A stretch of DNA of 63,434 nucleotides, filler included, from Lenisia limosa (Eukaryota; Protista; Breviatea), in the NCBI GenBank assembly GCA_001655205.1. It is 11 parts of 11 records of this genome, joined end to end, with 100 filler letters (N's around TTAATTAATTAA, not from the genome) between each part and the next. Parts side by side here need not be neighbours in the genome. Positions count along the whole stretch, not along the records: positions 11,692 to 29,246 come from LPNZ01011420.1; positions 29,347 to 37,010 come from LPNZ01010382.1; positions 37,111 to 43,527 come from LPNZ01005162.1; 8 more parts are not named here. One strand, 5' to 3'. Below the pieces are notes generated by a model. The model was not told the DNA's origin and did not search any database. It was given only the letters and a program-made list of their open reading frames with translations. Numbering within the stretch: the first letter of the stretch is position 1; the number at the start of each line of letters is the position of its first letter. Shown here piece by piece: positions 23,669 through 37,503 of the stretch. The position numbers were made by a program, and so were the translations under genes.

Positions 23669-25691
23669 CTACTCGGGAGGGAGGGGAGGGGCCTCTTCGT
23701 CTTCAGCGGGGAGTGGTGGGTCCTGAATCATCAATAAGTCGGATCAACACCACTCAGAAACTCATTTTCTCACACTGTCATTGATGGGAGACAAGATATC
23801 CCCGTAGCTGCGAGGCGTAAGAATGTCACTTGCGTCGCTTTCATCGTCTGGAAGGCTCGGATTGTCTTCCTCTTCTTCGGGCAGGGGGGGCTCCTCTTCG
23901 GGTAGCGCGTTCTAGGTGGTAAGTGAGGTTCATTTTATACATTAACAGAGGGGAGACATATGGAAAGCCAGCACTAACTAGCCCACCACTCCGTTCGGCG
24001 TTTGTGCAATGATTCTGCGCATTGTTCTATCCCAGGCCTCAAAGTCCTTCGAATTGTCCAACTGCAGAGTCAGTTGAAAGTCAAAATCGGTTGCTGCAAA
24101 AAAAAGAGTTCAATCCGTCAACCGAAGAATACAAAAGGTTTGTTGATATAAAAAGCCAAATGAATAATATGGGAAAATACCACAATGACAGAAATAAAAG
24201 CAAAATGAATCCTACCTTGAAACAAAGCACAACCCCTTGACTGTCTGTAAATCGAAGTTGCCATTCATTTTCTCTCTAAACTGGGTAAAAAGGTTGGGAT
24301 AATAAATCAGAAGAGAGGAAAAGTCTGTGTCCGTTGAAACAGTTTTTGTATCTCAGATTCCGAAGAGAAGTTCAGCCCTCCCACCACAATAGGCTCATAT
24401 TTGGTGACACTTTCGAATAAGAGGCTCTTTTTCAAAAATAAATTACGAGCGCCTGGGTCTTCATGATTTAGTCGGTGGAAGAACCATCCTCGTGCCTTAT
24501 ACTCGACCCAGGCGCTCGGACTGTGAAAGGCCTCGCTGGTCATGGGCGTCATCAAGAAACATGGTGAGTTGGACTTTTAAACAATTTCATATTATTTCTA
24601 GGAATGGAAGCGGACGTATCACCTGATATTTTTAAAATGAGGCGACTATTGACTCTGATGATGACAGTGTGGCTAGTGGTTTGTTCAAATTTCTCCGTGT
24701 ATCATTACCATTTTAGATGATAATTGAGTCACATGTGTCTGCCCAATGAATTTTTAACCGCAACATTTTTCAATAAAATGCACATGCCTTTTCTGTCTTC
24801 ATAATTTACCGATATGATCATATAACAGCTCATACTCTTGAAACATGAACTGGCTAACGGTAGCAAGTATAAGACCTATAATAGCTTCTTTCCGCGCGAT
24901 TTCGCGAACAGTGGGGACTGATGAAGCACTTTACAAACTAACGACGTCAATTCTATAATCATAATTGATGTAACATTATGAAATACTACCATATTTCTTT
25001 TGTTATATCATGCACAAAATTGAAAGAACCAACGTGGGGGAGTTTATGAGACGGATGGTCGTTGCCTTTTGGTCTGTATTGGGGACAAGCAGTTTTCGTC
25101 AGCGTAGAGGGGGTGGTTGCGGAGGTCTTTCACGATGGAGAACTTGGGCATCGGAAGGGGTTCAGGCTGTGGGGTGACGGATATTGGGGGGTTGGGGGGT
25201 CCCGAGGAAATACGGGAGATGGCTGGTGCGAGGTCGGGGCAGACAGGGTAGAACTTGACGTCCTCAACAGTCATCGGGCGACAGCTGGCAATAGCCTTCA
25301 TCATCCTTGTGGACAGGATCTGCTCAGCACTAACGACTATCTGGCTTGTTGTACGTAGGGAGAACGGAGTTCGCTGAGGTGACTGACAATCTTTGCTTGA
25401 GACTTCTGGGTGCAAGAAGGGGGTGAGATGACGGAAGGCGGTCGGAGAAAGGCGTCGGTGAAGAGAGCATTCTCGTTGAAGGCAACAGTGGGTATGGCGC
25501 GGTGCTTGATGGAATGACGTTGGGGGCGTGGAAGGATGAGGTCGGTGAAGAAGTGCTGGAGGAGAAAAGTGGTGACGACGTAGGTGTTGAGGGAACGACT
25601 CATTAGGCTTAGACTGAAAGAGAGATTGGAGACAAGAAATGCACTGTGTCTCGCATGGAGAGACATTATCTTCAAAAGGAGAATAAATCAC
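23669..25691 (-). CDS. Uncharacterised Pro/Ser-rich spliced gene with acidic C-terminus
   Basis: 215-aa open segment plus exons WVEYKARGWFFHRL, LDNSKDFEAWDRTMRRII, NALPEEEPPLPEEEED, DPPLPAEDEEAPPLPPE*. Confidence 0.5.
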
Positions 25692-25929
25692 TTTGTTGAT
25701 GCACCCCTTGAGTGTAATATACTAATATTCAAGCTGTCCGGGAGTTTTGATGTGTCCGGCGAATCTTGAATAATGTTAGGAGCTTTGACTATACATACAA
25801 CATTTTAAAGTTCAATATGTGAAAAAACTATTAAATAAATAAACATCCCAACAAAAAAACCTATTTTAGCGCAGGGTTATTTGAGTAACCCCATCTATTA
25901 ACCTGCAAAAGGCAAGGCCTCGAGATTTA

Positions 25930-28000
25930 AAATGTTTTTTCAGCCAACAATACAAGCTTATGTGCCTACAGCGGAGGCTTCGCCCATTGGCCTCTTTGTG
26001 TATTGTTTGGTAATTTTTTCCAGAGCTAACTCAAATGAAGAGGATGCATTCTCTCCTTTTTCTGGGAAATCCCTTCTCAGTGCATCAACAGCTCTATTGG
26101 CACTCTTTCGGATGCTCTCCTTGTAAATACCCTGAGTAAATATTTACCATAAGTAAAGATAGATATACGTTATGGTTATTTTAATCGCTCACCGTGAAAC
26201 AAGTCTTGACACACCCTCAGCTAGTTGGCCAACACACATGCCTTAGATTGATGACCACACTGAATGAGAGCCTCCTCATACGCTCTTTTGATCCAATTTT
26301 GGCCCCTCCAAGCATGTTAACGTTGACGAACAATATCAAAGATGACCTATTCATTTTTAAATCAATTTGTAATAATATCAATAATTGACTAATGACCTTT
26401 CATGATGTAATTGATAAATTTTACAATTTTGTGGATTCTTACTATTAAGATTCTGAAACAAAATTGATGTAAGTGATGTTTTTTTTCACTATCAGCGTAA
26501 CTATCTTAGAAACACTCACAATAAAAAATACAAAAGTGTGACACTTAAGACAGCCATCTTAGTGCTGTATCATACCTTGGGAGAGTGCGGTCCATTTTGT
26601 AGAATCACACCAACCATTGCTTGCTTTAGCATTGGTTTTAACTGAGTTTCAGACAAGTTTGGTATTGTTGTGCACACCAGTGGAATAGCATCAGAATTAT
26701 AGAAAAAACAGATGGCATACTCTTAACATTAATTTTCAAAAATATAACAAGTCAATGCGGCTGTCTTTGATTTTTTAGGTACCGGGTTTTCTTCTTCACT
26801 TGACGTTCCTTCCTCAACATCACTCTCCTTGTCAGTAATCGGCGAAACTACGTTTACAATTGCCTTCGCCTGAACAACAGAGACTTCGCCATGTGTTTCC
26901 TTTATGGTTGACATTTTTGAGGGAAGAGAGCGAAGTGTTGCAAGTAAATTCCCCCTCAAAATGGTAAAATCGCGCTTGTTCATTGCCAATAGAAGAAAAT
27001 CTGGGGACACAAACGGTTTGTCGGGATTTGCTGTGGAATTTGGGCAAGGGCACTGCAGTAGGCCGATAAATTTGTGGACACTCCCTTCTCTTAAAGAATA
27101 TGTAACAAATTGGAAACCATACAATACGATGGGTGATGTCCAGCGATAGTCGTCTGTTGAATCTTTGAATTATATCCTCCGAACCAAAGCGGGGAGCAAG
27201 TCAAGTATTATATGTAAAAAATTACATCCTGTAATTTCAGCAGCTCTATTAATAAATGAGGAGAGTGACGCTTCCATAAGAAGGGGGCTGGTGAAGGAAT
27301 CAAACCAACATCATTGAAATAACTCCAATCACTTCTGCATCTCCTCTTCAAAAACTTCTGGATCCTCCTCGACAATCTCTTCTATCAGCTAGAAGCTTTG
27401 ATATCAATTGTAACAAAACAAAAAATTTGAACGCTCCTGGAACCACTTTTCTTCATGGCAAAGTGTCCTCAAACGCTTTGAGCTGACATGTCCTTTGCAT
27501 CTGGAAAAATATACAATAGAAACCAGCTTCCGTTTAGCCGTTGTGACTATCTTTACCTAAAATCACAATGAGTTTCAAATGGAACAAGTGAGAATACTAA
27601 ACATAACACTGTCCATATTAGCAGGTTTGGTTAAACTCTACAGGTGTAATAAAATAGATATTTTAACCTACAACTGAAGACAATGGTACTTTGGCAAGTT
27701 TGCTCAACGTGACATTTCGTCCAACCCAGGACGCAACGCCATCATCACAATTTCAAGAGTCTATCATGAGAGGTTAAGGTGGTCGGTTGATGGATTTTTG
27801 GTGAGGTAATGAGTGCAGATTGCGCTCTCCTATGTAAAATAAATTTAATATTAAGTGTTGTTTTATTTAAGCGACAAAGGTCGACAGGAAAAGCCATCAT
27901 AAAATCCAAAAACAAAGTTTTGCTGTATTTTACTTTTTTCAACCATTTATCCTAGTGTTTTACTTTTGATTCTCTTCTACCGAGTCTTCTATTCATTGAA
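25930..28000 (-). pseudogene. Uncharacterised spliced gene or decayed gene/TE
   Basis: Exon-like blocks (GIYKESIRKSANRAVDALRRDF, DAIPLVCTTIPNLSETQLK, 131-aa ORF) mixed with in-frame stops; could not build an intact model. Confidence 0.3.
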
Positions 28001-28439
28001 CCTAAAGTGTATAAAACAATGATAGAAATATGATACCTTAGAACAGCGTATAAAAATGGGCTTTTTTGAATTATTTTTGTTTCTCGTTGTCTCTGAGTTG
28101 TTTCTTAGTTAGTATTATGTACAATTAGCTTGAGTATTACGGCTCAATAGAAGTTTTAACGACTTAAAGAAAGAATAGTGGAACTGGAAGAGATTGTCTG
28201 GAGAAATAAATATAAAAAGGGTAATAATAGTATATGCCTGGACGGGTAAACCCGATAAAACCCGATAATTTTTTTTCCACCCCAAATGTNNNNNNNNNNT
28301 GGTAATAAGAAAAAGTAAATACTGTAGCTCATATGACAAACAAGTTTTTCGAGAAAATTAACACATCAAAACATGAAAAATATGATTGATAATGAAAACA
28401 CAGCTTAAATTCAATTGAAAATTCAAAAATGCATAAGCA

Positions 28440-29246
28440 CATTATTTCTTCCTGGGCTTCTTTTTCGGGGCAGTGGCCTTATGCTGAGAGTCGAGCTTCT
28501 TGGCTTCTGCGATGCGACGTTTCATATTCGCAGTGAGCTGCTTGCTCCTAATACAGGTTATTTCAAGATAATGAAAATCAGAATTCAAAGAAGACTTACT
28601 TTAGGACCACACATCAGGTCATGGGATGAGTTAATGCGCTGATTCCGAAGAACAGACTCCTTGATGTCAGATTCATTAGCGATAAGTTCTCCTGGCTTGA
28701 GGGCAACCACAGTTTCACCCTAAGTAAATGAGAACAAAAATGACATCTGAATAAACAATAAAAATATAGGGCAAACCTTCTTCACAGCGATGACATTGTA
28801 TGAAGGCAGTTCTTCAAGGATTGGTCCGACACAGACTGAAGACACGCATGGGAGACCATAGTGGCAGTTGAGGCAAGTGTCTCAGAATGCGACAATGTTG
28901 CTACCTTAAAACACCTCAAAACGTCAGTCGAAAGTTCAGGGTGTCTGTAAAGGAAGGTGGAAGATGCTGCTGCAGCTCCAAGAAGGAAAGCCTTTTCCGA
29001 TTCACTGAGATTCATATCTGGCATTGAAATGCTGTTATTTACTCGTTGAGTTGCTGCAGATGCGATGGCTACTTCTCTTGTGAGGTTATCAATAACAGGC
29101 TTCTCTCTGTTGGTGGTTCTGAGCGTACATTGTTCAGTTGGACTGGTTTTGGTCGAGAAAGTAGGGAACGATGACGATTTGTTGACGAACGGTGCAAGAA
29201 GGGGGGCATTCAGGTTTTCGTGGCTGAAAAGGAATCGAAGAAAGGG
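28440..29246 (-). CDS. Uncharacterised gene, 3' portion
   Basis: About 150-codon open segment then GETVVALKPGELIANESDIKESVLRNQR exon and a basic terminal exon; 5' end in linker. Confidence 0.4.
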
Positions 29247-29439
29247 NNNNNNNNNNNNNNNNNNNNNNNNNNNNNNNNNNNNNNNNNNNNTTAATTAATT
29301 AANNNNNNNNNNNNNNNNNNNNNNNNNNNNNNNNNNNNNNNNNNNNAAATGTCGAAACACCCAAAGGCTGAAAAAATAAACAAAAAAGTGGCAGTTAATT
29401 TGCACTAACATAAGCCACAGTACATATGATATAAGAAGA

Positions 29440-30067
29440 TTCACTTGGCAACAACACATGAATAAATTGTAAATATGGCAGAAAAAGAGCCATAAGAGGA
29501 GTACTCTTTGTTATGTGATTGAGTTCCAATAAGCGTGAATGCCAGACATACAGATAAAGAACCAGTAGCCTCGAGTGTACGACATGTAAAGAGGAATGAA
29601 AGCAAGCTCCAGAAGAGTGACAAGCTGGAATGATGAGGCACAGTGGTTCTATCTTTTTGGTTGAGCGTGTTGACGAAATCAGCAAGTAATTGGAAAGTTG
29701 GAGTTGCAAGCATAAATGGTAATAAAAGTTACCTGTGGAGAACTCTGCGAATATGTTATTACTCAGAAAAGCAAGTTCACCCTCTCCAACCTGGAATGAC
29801 CATTTTGATTTGTGCTGCCAATAGGTGAAGAGGACTTGGGCAAGGAAGAGGGAGGAAATGATGATGAAGAAGAGGGACAGGTCTTGACCTAAAGCGTGAG
29901 CCAACAACCCCATAACGCATTTAATATCATGGTTAATCCTACTTACCGGCTGTGTGGCGATGAGGGAGGCTTGAAGAATCCATCATAGGAACATCTGAAG
30001 ACCCTGTCTCGATAGGAGCACCAGAATCCATTTCTGGCGCGTTTATAGCAAATAATGAACGAACCAT
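29440..30067 (-). CDS. RNF121: RNF121/RNF175-like membrane E3 ligase, N-terminal TM part
   Basis: LFFIIISSLFLAQVLFTYWQHKSKWSFQ-LVTLLELAFIPLYMSYTRGYWFF matches the RNF121 N-terminal TM pattern; RING not seen (gap). Confidence 0.7.
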
Positions 30068-30250
30068 TACGGAAAAAGAGCGATTATTCAAAATTTGAAA
30101 AAAACAAGGTAAAAGATAAGGGTATCCGAGTTAAGTGCAGCAGAAGTATTGCTTTTTTGCGCTTTTCAAAGCCTTCATCCACGCTGCTTGCTTTGTGACG
30201 TTTAGACTTTTAGACTTCTTTTAGGTTGGTGGTGAAGGCAGGGCGGCAGT

Positions 30251-33200
30251 ATGAAGCTGCCACCGCACCCACTTGAGATCGAGGTCCGAAGACTGCTTCA
30301 TTCATGTGAAGCTGGCATTGCAGCTCATCCTAACAGCAGAATTTCGCAGGTTTGTCTTTCACTGGGATTATTACAGGATTTTTATTGAGTACTATTGTAC
30401 TGTGTATACAGCTTCTTTGATTTATAACTGTCTTTGATTTTTCTTAGTATGTTGCCTTTCTCATGGACCAAATTGAGAAACTGCATGAACTTCGAATGAA
30501 ATCGTAAGAATTCATGCTATGTAAAGATTGGGATGACATTCTCGTATCTCGATTGGGATGGCATTCTCGTATCTATCAGGGTGATGTGTACAGTGTTTTT
30601 TGTTCTGCATAGTTAGGGTTATTTCAATCAATGCAGTGCGATAGAAGGATTGTCAATTTCAAAGGTGCTTTTATTTTTCTTGAATGTAACCTTTAGCGAG
30701 ACTCACATTGCAGATACCAAAAAAATGGTGTTTTGGCTTACAATTTGTTGTTTCTTTGTGTCCCTATTCCAGCTTCTTTCCGATTGTGTTTGAATATGGT
30801 GTATTTCATGAGCGTTGCTTCATTTAACGCCAACCCAGTTCCTTTGAGGGGTACACCAAGCCGTCTCTGGAGACACTAGACGACTTTCGAATAAGAGGCG
30901 TGACCCTAACAAAGCTTATCGACCCAGAGAAGATTGTTGGTTCTGATTTTTATGTTGAAATCTTTGAATTGTCTTACCATTTTTTCTTTGACGGTCTTTA
31001 GATGGCAGATAACTCCTTCCCCTCGTTCTTTTGCCACAATTCTCTCAAGAGCTTGAAATACGCGTATAAGCCTGGGGCTATCAAGGTAAGCTTTTTTTCG
31101 TACGTGTTTTGAAATACCTGTTTCAAAAGCATGAAGTGAATTTTATAAAGGGATGTAGCCTTAACATTATAGCCACTATCAGAGAAGAGAGCTTCGTCCG
31201 TTGACGAAGTACTGGATGCGACAGTTGATAAAACAACGGATGCAGATACCCTGGGCTCTGTGAGTGGATACTGACCGACAATAAAACGAGTATTACCATT
31301 TCCGCATTCACACAGCAGCTTTGCACAAAGATCAAAGAAGAAATTCTTCAATCTCGAAAGAAAGAACTCTTCTTAACAGAAGTTTTACGCGAAGAAGAGG
31401 TATCTGGGCTGAACGGCATATCAAGTATTTGTTACGGTTTCGGTTAGCCAATAATTGACAGTTTTTTTTTTTTCTCAAATCTGTCATCTTGACTAGCATA
31501 ATGTAAAAATATCATGATTTGTAATCAGCTGTGAGCTTTGGAGTGATAGAAAGTTTTCATTCACACATTCAGGAAGTGGTGGAGAATGGTCCTGATAACT
31601 ATGATGGGAGCCTTGGCTTTGGGCTTGACCCCGTTGAGCGTCTTTTAGTATCCATTGAAAACCAAGAGAGATTGGAAAAGCGAGCAGAGGAAGAGGATCG
31701 AGTGGTTGGTGGGGTCTTCGTATTTTGGGATTTTCCTGTTATTCCGCCAGATTGTTCCATAAGCAAACAAGTACACTTACGGTAGTTACTTTTCTCCCAG
31801 TATTGTACGTTTTCTGTTTCCTCAGGTTTTATAAGAATAAAGAACTGTAAATTCTCGAAAAATTTCGATGACTTATCGAGAATTTCAGTCCTTTTCTGGA
31901 TCGGAGTGCAGCCTTTCCCCTTACATTTATAGAGGCGAAGAGAGCGACGGCACGCTCGAAAGAACTATGACGATTTCACTGATTCCGATGGAGACGCTAT
32001 TGAAGACACAGATGATGATGGTTAGGGGGGGGGGTAACAGTTTTAACCAGGAAAATTAAGCTTTTTTTTTATTTTGTATTTATTCACATGTTCAGATGTC
32101 AAGGACTTGAGGTGGGATGCTCTGTCGCCAAGGGTTGCCCAGATATGCGTGTTTTATCATATCACTTTTTGGATAATTTTCACACGTGTGAACTATCATT
32201 TTCCACGCAGTGATATGATAATATCTCATATCCACTCGTATGATAATTGTCCTACAAGTCTCAATGATACTCTGATACGCTCGGGATGAACCCTTATTTT
32301 ATCTTTGTTCATCATTTCGACTTGAAAGTCGGTCATATGATCATATCACTGGTGGATATGGGTCAACATTTGAACATCATATCACTTTCAGGGATTTGCT
32401 ATTCGAAGGAATTGAGAAAACATCCGGAGGTGACGCAACCAGCTCAAGCTTACAGATCAGAATAGGTAGGGTTACAGAATAGGTTNNNNNNNNNNNNNNN
32501 NNNNNNNNNNNNNNNNNNNNNNNNNNNNNNNNNNNNNNNNNNNNNNNNNNNNNNNNNGTTGACTTCTGTGTTGGTGAGAGTAGTGCAATCAGGATTCATT
32601 GCAGTCTCATATTTATCCACAGTATTGTTTACAGAGGAAAATCAACAGGTCTAGCCTTATTTAGAAAACTATTCACACATTTTAGCACAGCAGGAGAAAA
32701 GACTCCCTCCTTAAGCCCCCCCCCCCNNNNNNNNNNNNNNNNNNNNNNNNNNNNNTTCTGGCTGAGGAGTTAGCAATGATGTCGAAGCTTCTACGACTGA
32801 CATCGGAAGGCATTGGAGAGACGTTAAAGGAGGATAACATGGTGGGTGTTGTTAGAAGGGCGTTCCTACGATCCAAAATAGAATGAATTTCAATATCGAT
32901 TTTTGAAGGTCTTTTTCGGTCTGTAGGGAAGCCCTGGTTGTTGGGGATCAGGAAAGGCTCAAATCAGAGACTATTCTCATATCAAATCCTTTCATAAAAA
33001 CTATTCAGTCCACTGTCTGCAAAACTGTTCAGGTGTATAATACTTCAGCCTGATATAATGTAGTAATATATGATATAATTCGCGGCTCCCTATCATATCT
33101 CATCATGTTTTATTATTAGAAAAGCCTGATTTGACGTTGCAGGTTCTTGACGAAACCGAGTCAATAGCCAATGATAACCAGAACCTTATTGGGAAAGAAA

Positions 33201-33434
33201 ACAGCCGGCTCAACTCCACTGTCAAAACGACCCAAAACTGTGAGCAGGCTGTTTGAAATGCCTTAGTTCTTTGTTTCAGGAGCTTATGCTTATTTTCACC
33301 GAAAGCTTAGTGGCATCTTCATAAAAAAAAAACTTGTCATTTCACCTCACAATTTAGTTAACATGAATCTTTGCTGTATGCTTCTCACTATTGGCCTTAC
33401 TTTGTTTGTAACTCTCCTTCTCCTTGCTTTCTGA
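30251..33434 (+). CDS. USE1: USE1-like ER Qc-SNARE
   Basis: LEIEVRRLLHSCEA...YVAFLMDQI; KPSLETLDDF; SNARE LAEELAMMSKLLRLTSEGIGETLKEDNMVLDETESIANDN; C-terminal TM LCCMLLTIGLTLFVTLLLLAF*. Confidence 0.8.
32856..32936. mobile_element. hAT-type MITE (family C)
   Basis: Right TIR TAGGGAAGCCCTG; flanks gttgttag/gttgttgg. Confidence 0.75.
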
Positions 33435-33499
33435 TATATTATTTAATGTTTCTTCTTTCAACATGAGACCCTTCTGAAACAATAAACGGTTTATTACAA

Positions 33500-36400
33500 C
33501 TAAAGTTGGAGCTTGTCCATGATCTGGAGGCTGGCGGTGATGGAAAGGTCACGGATGTAGGCACGGACGATCTCAAAGATCCTAAGGGCCTCGGGGACGA
33601 CATTGGTNNNNNNNNNNNNNNNNNNNNNNNNNNNNNNNNNNNNNNNNNNNNNNNNNNNNNNNNNNNNNNNNNNNNNNNNNNNNNNNNNNNNNNNNNNNNN
33701 NNNNNNNNNNNATTGCTAAGACTATGTATGAAAGAAAAAAGAAAAGCCAAACCCACCAGAATTAGAAAGCAGCACTCTTTTCCGGACTCCCAGGCGGGAC
33801 CTCCGAATTCTTCAATCTGCCAAAATGAGCACAAAAAAAACCAACAACAAAAAAAAAAACATTTTGTCAAAGTGTCATGGATTCATATCATGTGTCAGCT
33901 CCATGTAGATGTTGGTATGATGAAAACAGAATGAGGTATTTTAGAGACCTCAAAAGAAGATGATATAAAGGTTATGTAGGAAAGAGTTCAACTCCTCCAA
34001 CAGAGTCCAGAACGGGCTGGAGGGCAGCGGGAACTTCAAGGTCCTTTAAGGGGGCCATGCACTGAAACGGTAAAGAAGTGGCCCTCCGACAAAAATGCCA
34101 ACTGAAGAAAAAAAAAAACATTTTAGCAAATTATGATCATATTGAACTGTGTCTATCTGTTGTTATGTTAGGTTTTGTTACCAATTGAAGCAAAATGGTA
34201 ATAATTTATTATTTAATTCACCCAATCAATTACCTTAAAACCTGCACACAGCTTTCTGTGTGCCTCCCCAGCATACATTTTATAATCAATAAGTACAGCA
34301 CAACTCCCCCCCCCATACAAGGTCAAACACTCCCCCCCCCATACAAGGTCAAACACCTCAGTTGCTTTGGTACACACAGTGTCAAAATCAACGTTTTCCA
34401 CGTAAGGTGTGACAAACTCAATAGCCTACAAAGTGAGAAAACAACTGAGGGGTGTGATAAAAATTAAAAATAAAAAAGGCTTTCAGATTAGATTGGTTTC
34501 GTAAGATGAGTAACAACACAACACAAGGAGGTTTTGATGAGAAGCAAAATGGGAGGTAGTCTTAGCTGTTGTAAACTTAATTGGCATTAATAAGCTCGTT
34601 TACTCTAAGTCCCCGCGTTTTATTGTGGTTTCGCTTTGCCTATTCTTTATTGATTCTATTCACCTTAAGCAGTTCTTTTATCCAGGGACAAAAGAACTGC
34701 TTAAAGTTGCGCATGTCTCAGGTAAGGTAAGAAAGGATTCATAGATTATTCATAGTTTCGGTTTATCTTGGAACTGGAAGTTGGGGGTTTCACACATAGC
34801 CAATTTGATTGTCTGTTTTTGTGGATAGTTCACATACAACATCGTGTCAAGTGGCCGAAAGAATCAAATTCAGATCAGTTGGGAGATATAATAATTTTGG
34901 GGGGCCCTCGAACCTGAGTGACATGGGGCATGGCAACCTCAGAGGCCTGGGTGTAGTAGGGCATCACTAATGCGGTAACTTCCTTATGGGGAATGTAAGG
35001 CTCAACAGCTTCAATTGCAACATGAACACGGGGGGTGGTCCAGGCAATGACATGGAAAATGGCTGCAACAACCTGGGAGGGGGGGGGGGGNNNNNNNNNN
35101 NNNNNNNNNNNNNNNNNNNNNNNNNNNNNNNNNNNNNNNNNNNNNNNNNNNNNNNNNNNNNNNNNNNNNNNNNNNNNNNNNNNNNNNNNNNNNGGAGTAA
35201 AATTGAAAAATTTATGAGAAAATTTATACAAGCTCTGTTGACTGACAGCATACAAGGGGTCATATTAAAAAGGAGAGAGAAAATGGAAGGTTATGCCCCG
35301 AAGGGGGCTTCAAATGTTTTTATCACGGACTGCGGATACTAAGATACAGGACCAAATATGGCATGGAAATTTACGGATACGGATATGGATAAGGAGAAGG
35401 TAATCGGGTTAATAATATGGGCTATGATGAGGCCCTCAATCAAGCTCAGACAAATTTGAGACACATAAACCATGCACCTGGGAAATTAGAGGAAATGAAT
35501 ATCAGCAATCGAGGGGGTTGTTTGAAAAGAAGCACTAACCACCAACCTCAGCAGGAAGATAATCATTGAGAATCGCAGAGTCTTGGTACTGGAGGGTGAA
35601 AATAATCTATACATGTGTCTCTTGCATATAAATCCAGATGTCGATGTCCACGAACATACCCAACATCTTTAAGGCAACCCGGACCATTTAACCCCCAAAG
35701 GAATGTCAGAATAACGTTTTGAATAAAGTTGAAGATAAACACCCTTTCCCCCCACGATCATATAAACCGCGTAGAAGAAGAAGGCGTAGAACGCAAGCTT
35801 GAAGAGTCCCTTAAGGGGGCAGCAAGAACAGCACTTCTTCTTGCTTGATTTGGGAGCAGCATTATTTTGGCTCAAATACTGCGTAGTAAGAAACGTTTAT
35901 GGATTCAATAATGGGGGGAAGACTCAGACAGAGCGTTTACATGAAACATATCGATATGGACTTCTTTTGTTTCCAAGATTTTAATGTATTTGTACTCGCA
36001 TAAGAAGATATGGTTGGCCACACTTTGCGTCTTGCATTCGCATCATTAGCCAACACCAACCTGTTGGCACGCAGCAACAAGTTGGACAGAGTCCTCAACC
36101 ATTTGTTCGTTAGTCAGCTCTGGGCGACGGAGGGTCTATTTGGGTAAAAATGGTCACAATTCTTGGAAAAAACTATTCCGTGCTGAGTCGTCTAATGTTT
36201 GTGGTAATGAGGAACCGCGTCGTGTTCTTGATTACGGCACATTACGCATTATGTACACCCAGATCCAAAGTTATGTTCGTGAGTTCATACCTCGGCCTTC
36301 CGCTTGATCTTGGGGTTCAGCTTGGCAGTTTTCTGAGGTTGTGAACAATGAAACTAAGAAAAAAAAGATAACAGAAGGAAAAACCATTACATGTAGTTGA

Positions 36401-37010
36401 CAAAAAGTCAAAAGGTAGAAGATAGATAGCTCACGTTGGCAATATCTTCGGCTTTGGGGAGAAGGATCTCAGCCAGTTCAGTCAAAGCAGCCTTGTAAAC
36501 CTATGAATTAATTAGTGAAGATGGAACAATTGCAGAAAGGGTGGATTAACGATCAAATACCCAAACATGTTTCCAAAGAAAATAGAGGCACATGAAGCCT
36601 TGGACATTGAGGGCGTTAAGGTGCACACAAACATACGTACATGGATAGCATTCTCATAAATGAAGAAAGCCCCCCCCCCCCACGTTCTCATGCGTGGGTC
36701 CNNNNNNNNNNNNNNNNNNNNNNNNNNNNNNNNNNNNNNNNNNNNNNNNNNNNNNNNNNNNNNNNNNNNNNNNNNNNNNNNNNNNNNNNNNNNNNNNNNN
36801 NNNNNNNNNNNNNNNNNNNNNNNNNNNNNNNNNNNNNNNNNNNNNNNNNNNNNNNNNNNNNNNNNNNNNNNNNNNNAACAACTCTGATGGCCAAATAGTA
36901 GAAATGAAAACAAGCGAGGGTTGAAACCAACAAAAAAAGGGTCCCATTACCCACAGTGACACGGCTCTTTGTTTCGCCTTGGAGAAGCGCGAAGGTCATA
37001 TCAAGTGCCT
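33500..37010 (-). CDS. Single-TM protein, weak resemblance to TMEM214; 5' end in gap
   Basis: Exons VYKAALTELAEILLPK, QMVEDSVQLVAACQ, TM LFKLAFYAFFFYAVYMIVGG, helical tail ending ITASLQIMDKLQL*. Confidence 0.5.
35073..35250 (-). repeat. Family D element running through an N gap to an acceptor
   Basis: GTCAACAGAG...CATAAATTTTTCAATTTTACTCC-N-(C)nTCCCAG|exon. Confidence 0.65.
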
Positions 37011-37251
37011 NNNNNNNNNNNNNNNNNNNNNNNNNNNNNNNNNNNNNNNNNNNNTTAATTAATTAANNNNNNNNNNNNNNNNNNNNNNNNNNNNNNNNNN
37101 NNNNNNNNNNTTTGCTTGTGAGGGTGGGGGTAAAAATGGAGTAACATTTGCTTGTGAGGGTGGGGGTAAATTTCACTGCAAAAACGCCACCCTATTTTGG
37201 AGGAACAAAATCGGCTGACAGGAATAGATGAAAATGAAATTGTAATTTCCA

Positions 37252-37336
37252 CTACGCCTGAGTGATGGGATGCTGTGCTGCAGAAGCGACTGGCCCGGGC
37301 TTTGTTTGCTTTATCAACCAATAGAGTTGAATTGGG
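37252..37336 (+). repeat. Family D element upstream of SLC35F6-like exon
   Basis: GAGTGATGGGATGCTGTGCTGCAGAAGCGACTGG...CCAATAGAGTTGAATTGGG(T)n then gap. Confidence 0.75.
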
Positions 37337-37503
37337 TTTTTTTTTTTTTTTTTTTTNNNNNNNNNNNNNNNNNNNNNNNNNNNNNNNNNNNNNNNNNNNN
37401 NNNNNNNNNNNNNNNNNNNNNNNNNNNNNNNNNNNNNNNNNNNNNNNNNNNNNNNNNNNNNNNNNNNNNNNNNNNNNNNNNNNNNNNNNNNNNNNNNNNN
37501 NNN

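Noticed and set aside
25337-25600. All three minus-strand frames open, suggesting overlapping genes
   Set aside because: Expected from C-rich, stop-poor Pro/Ser coding sequence.
29475-29495. Programmed frameshift in the RNF121-like exon
   Set aside because: An A5 homopolymer error or a wrong acceptor choice on my part explains it more simply.
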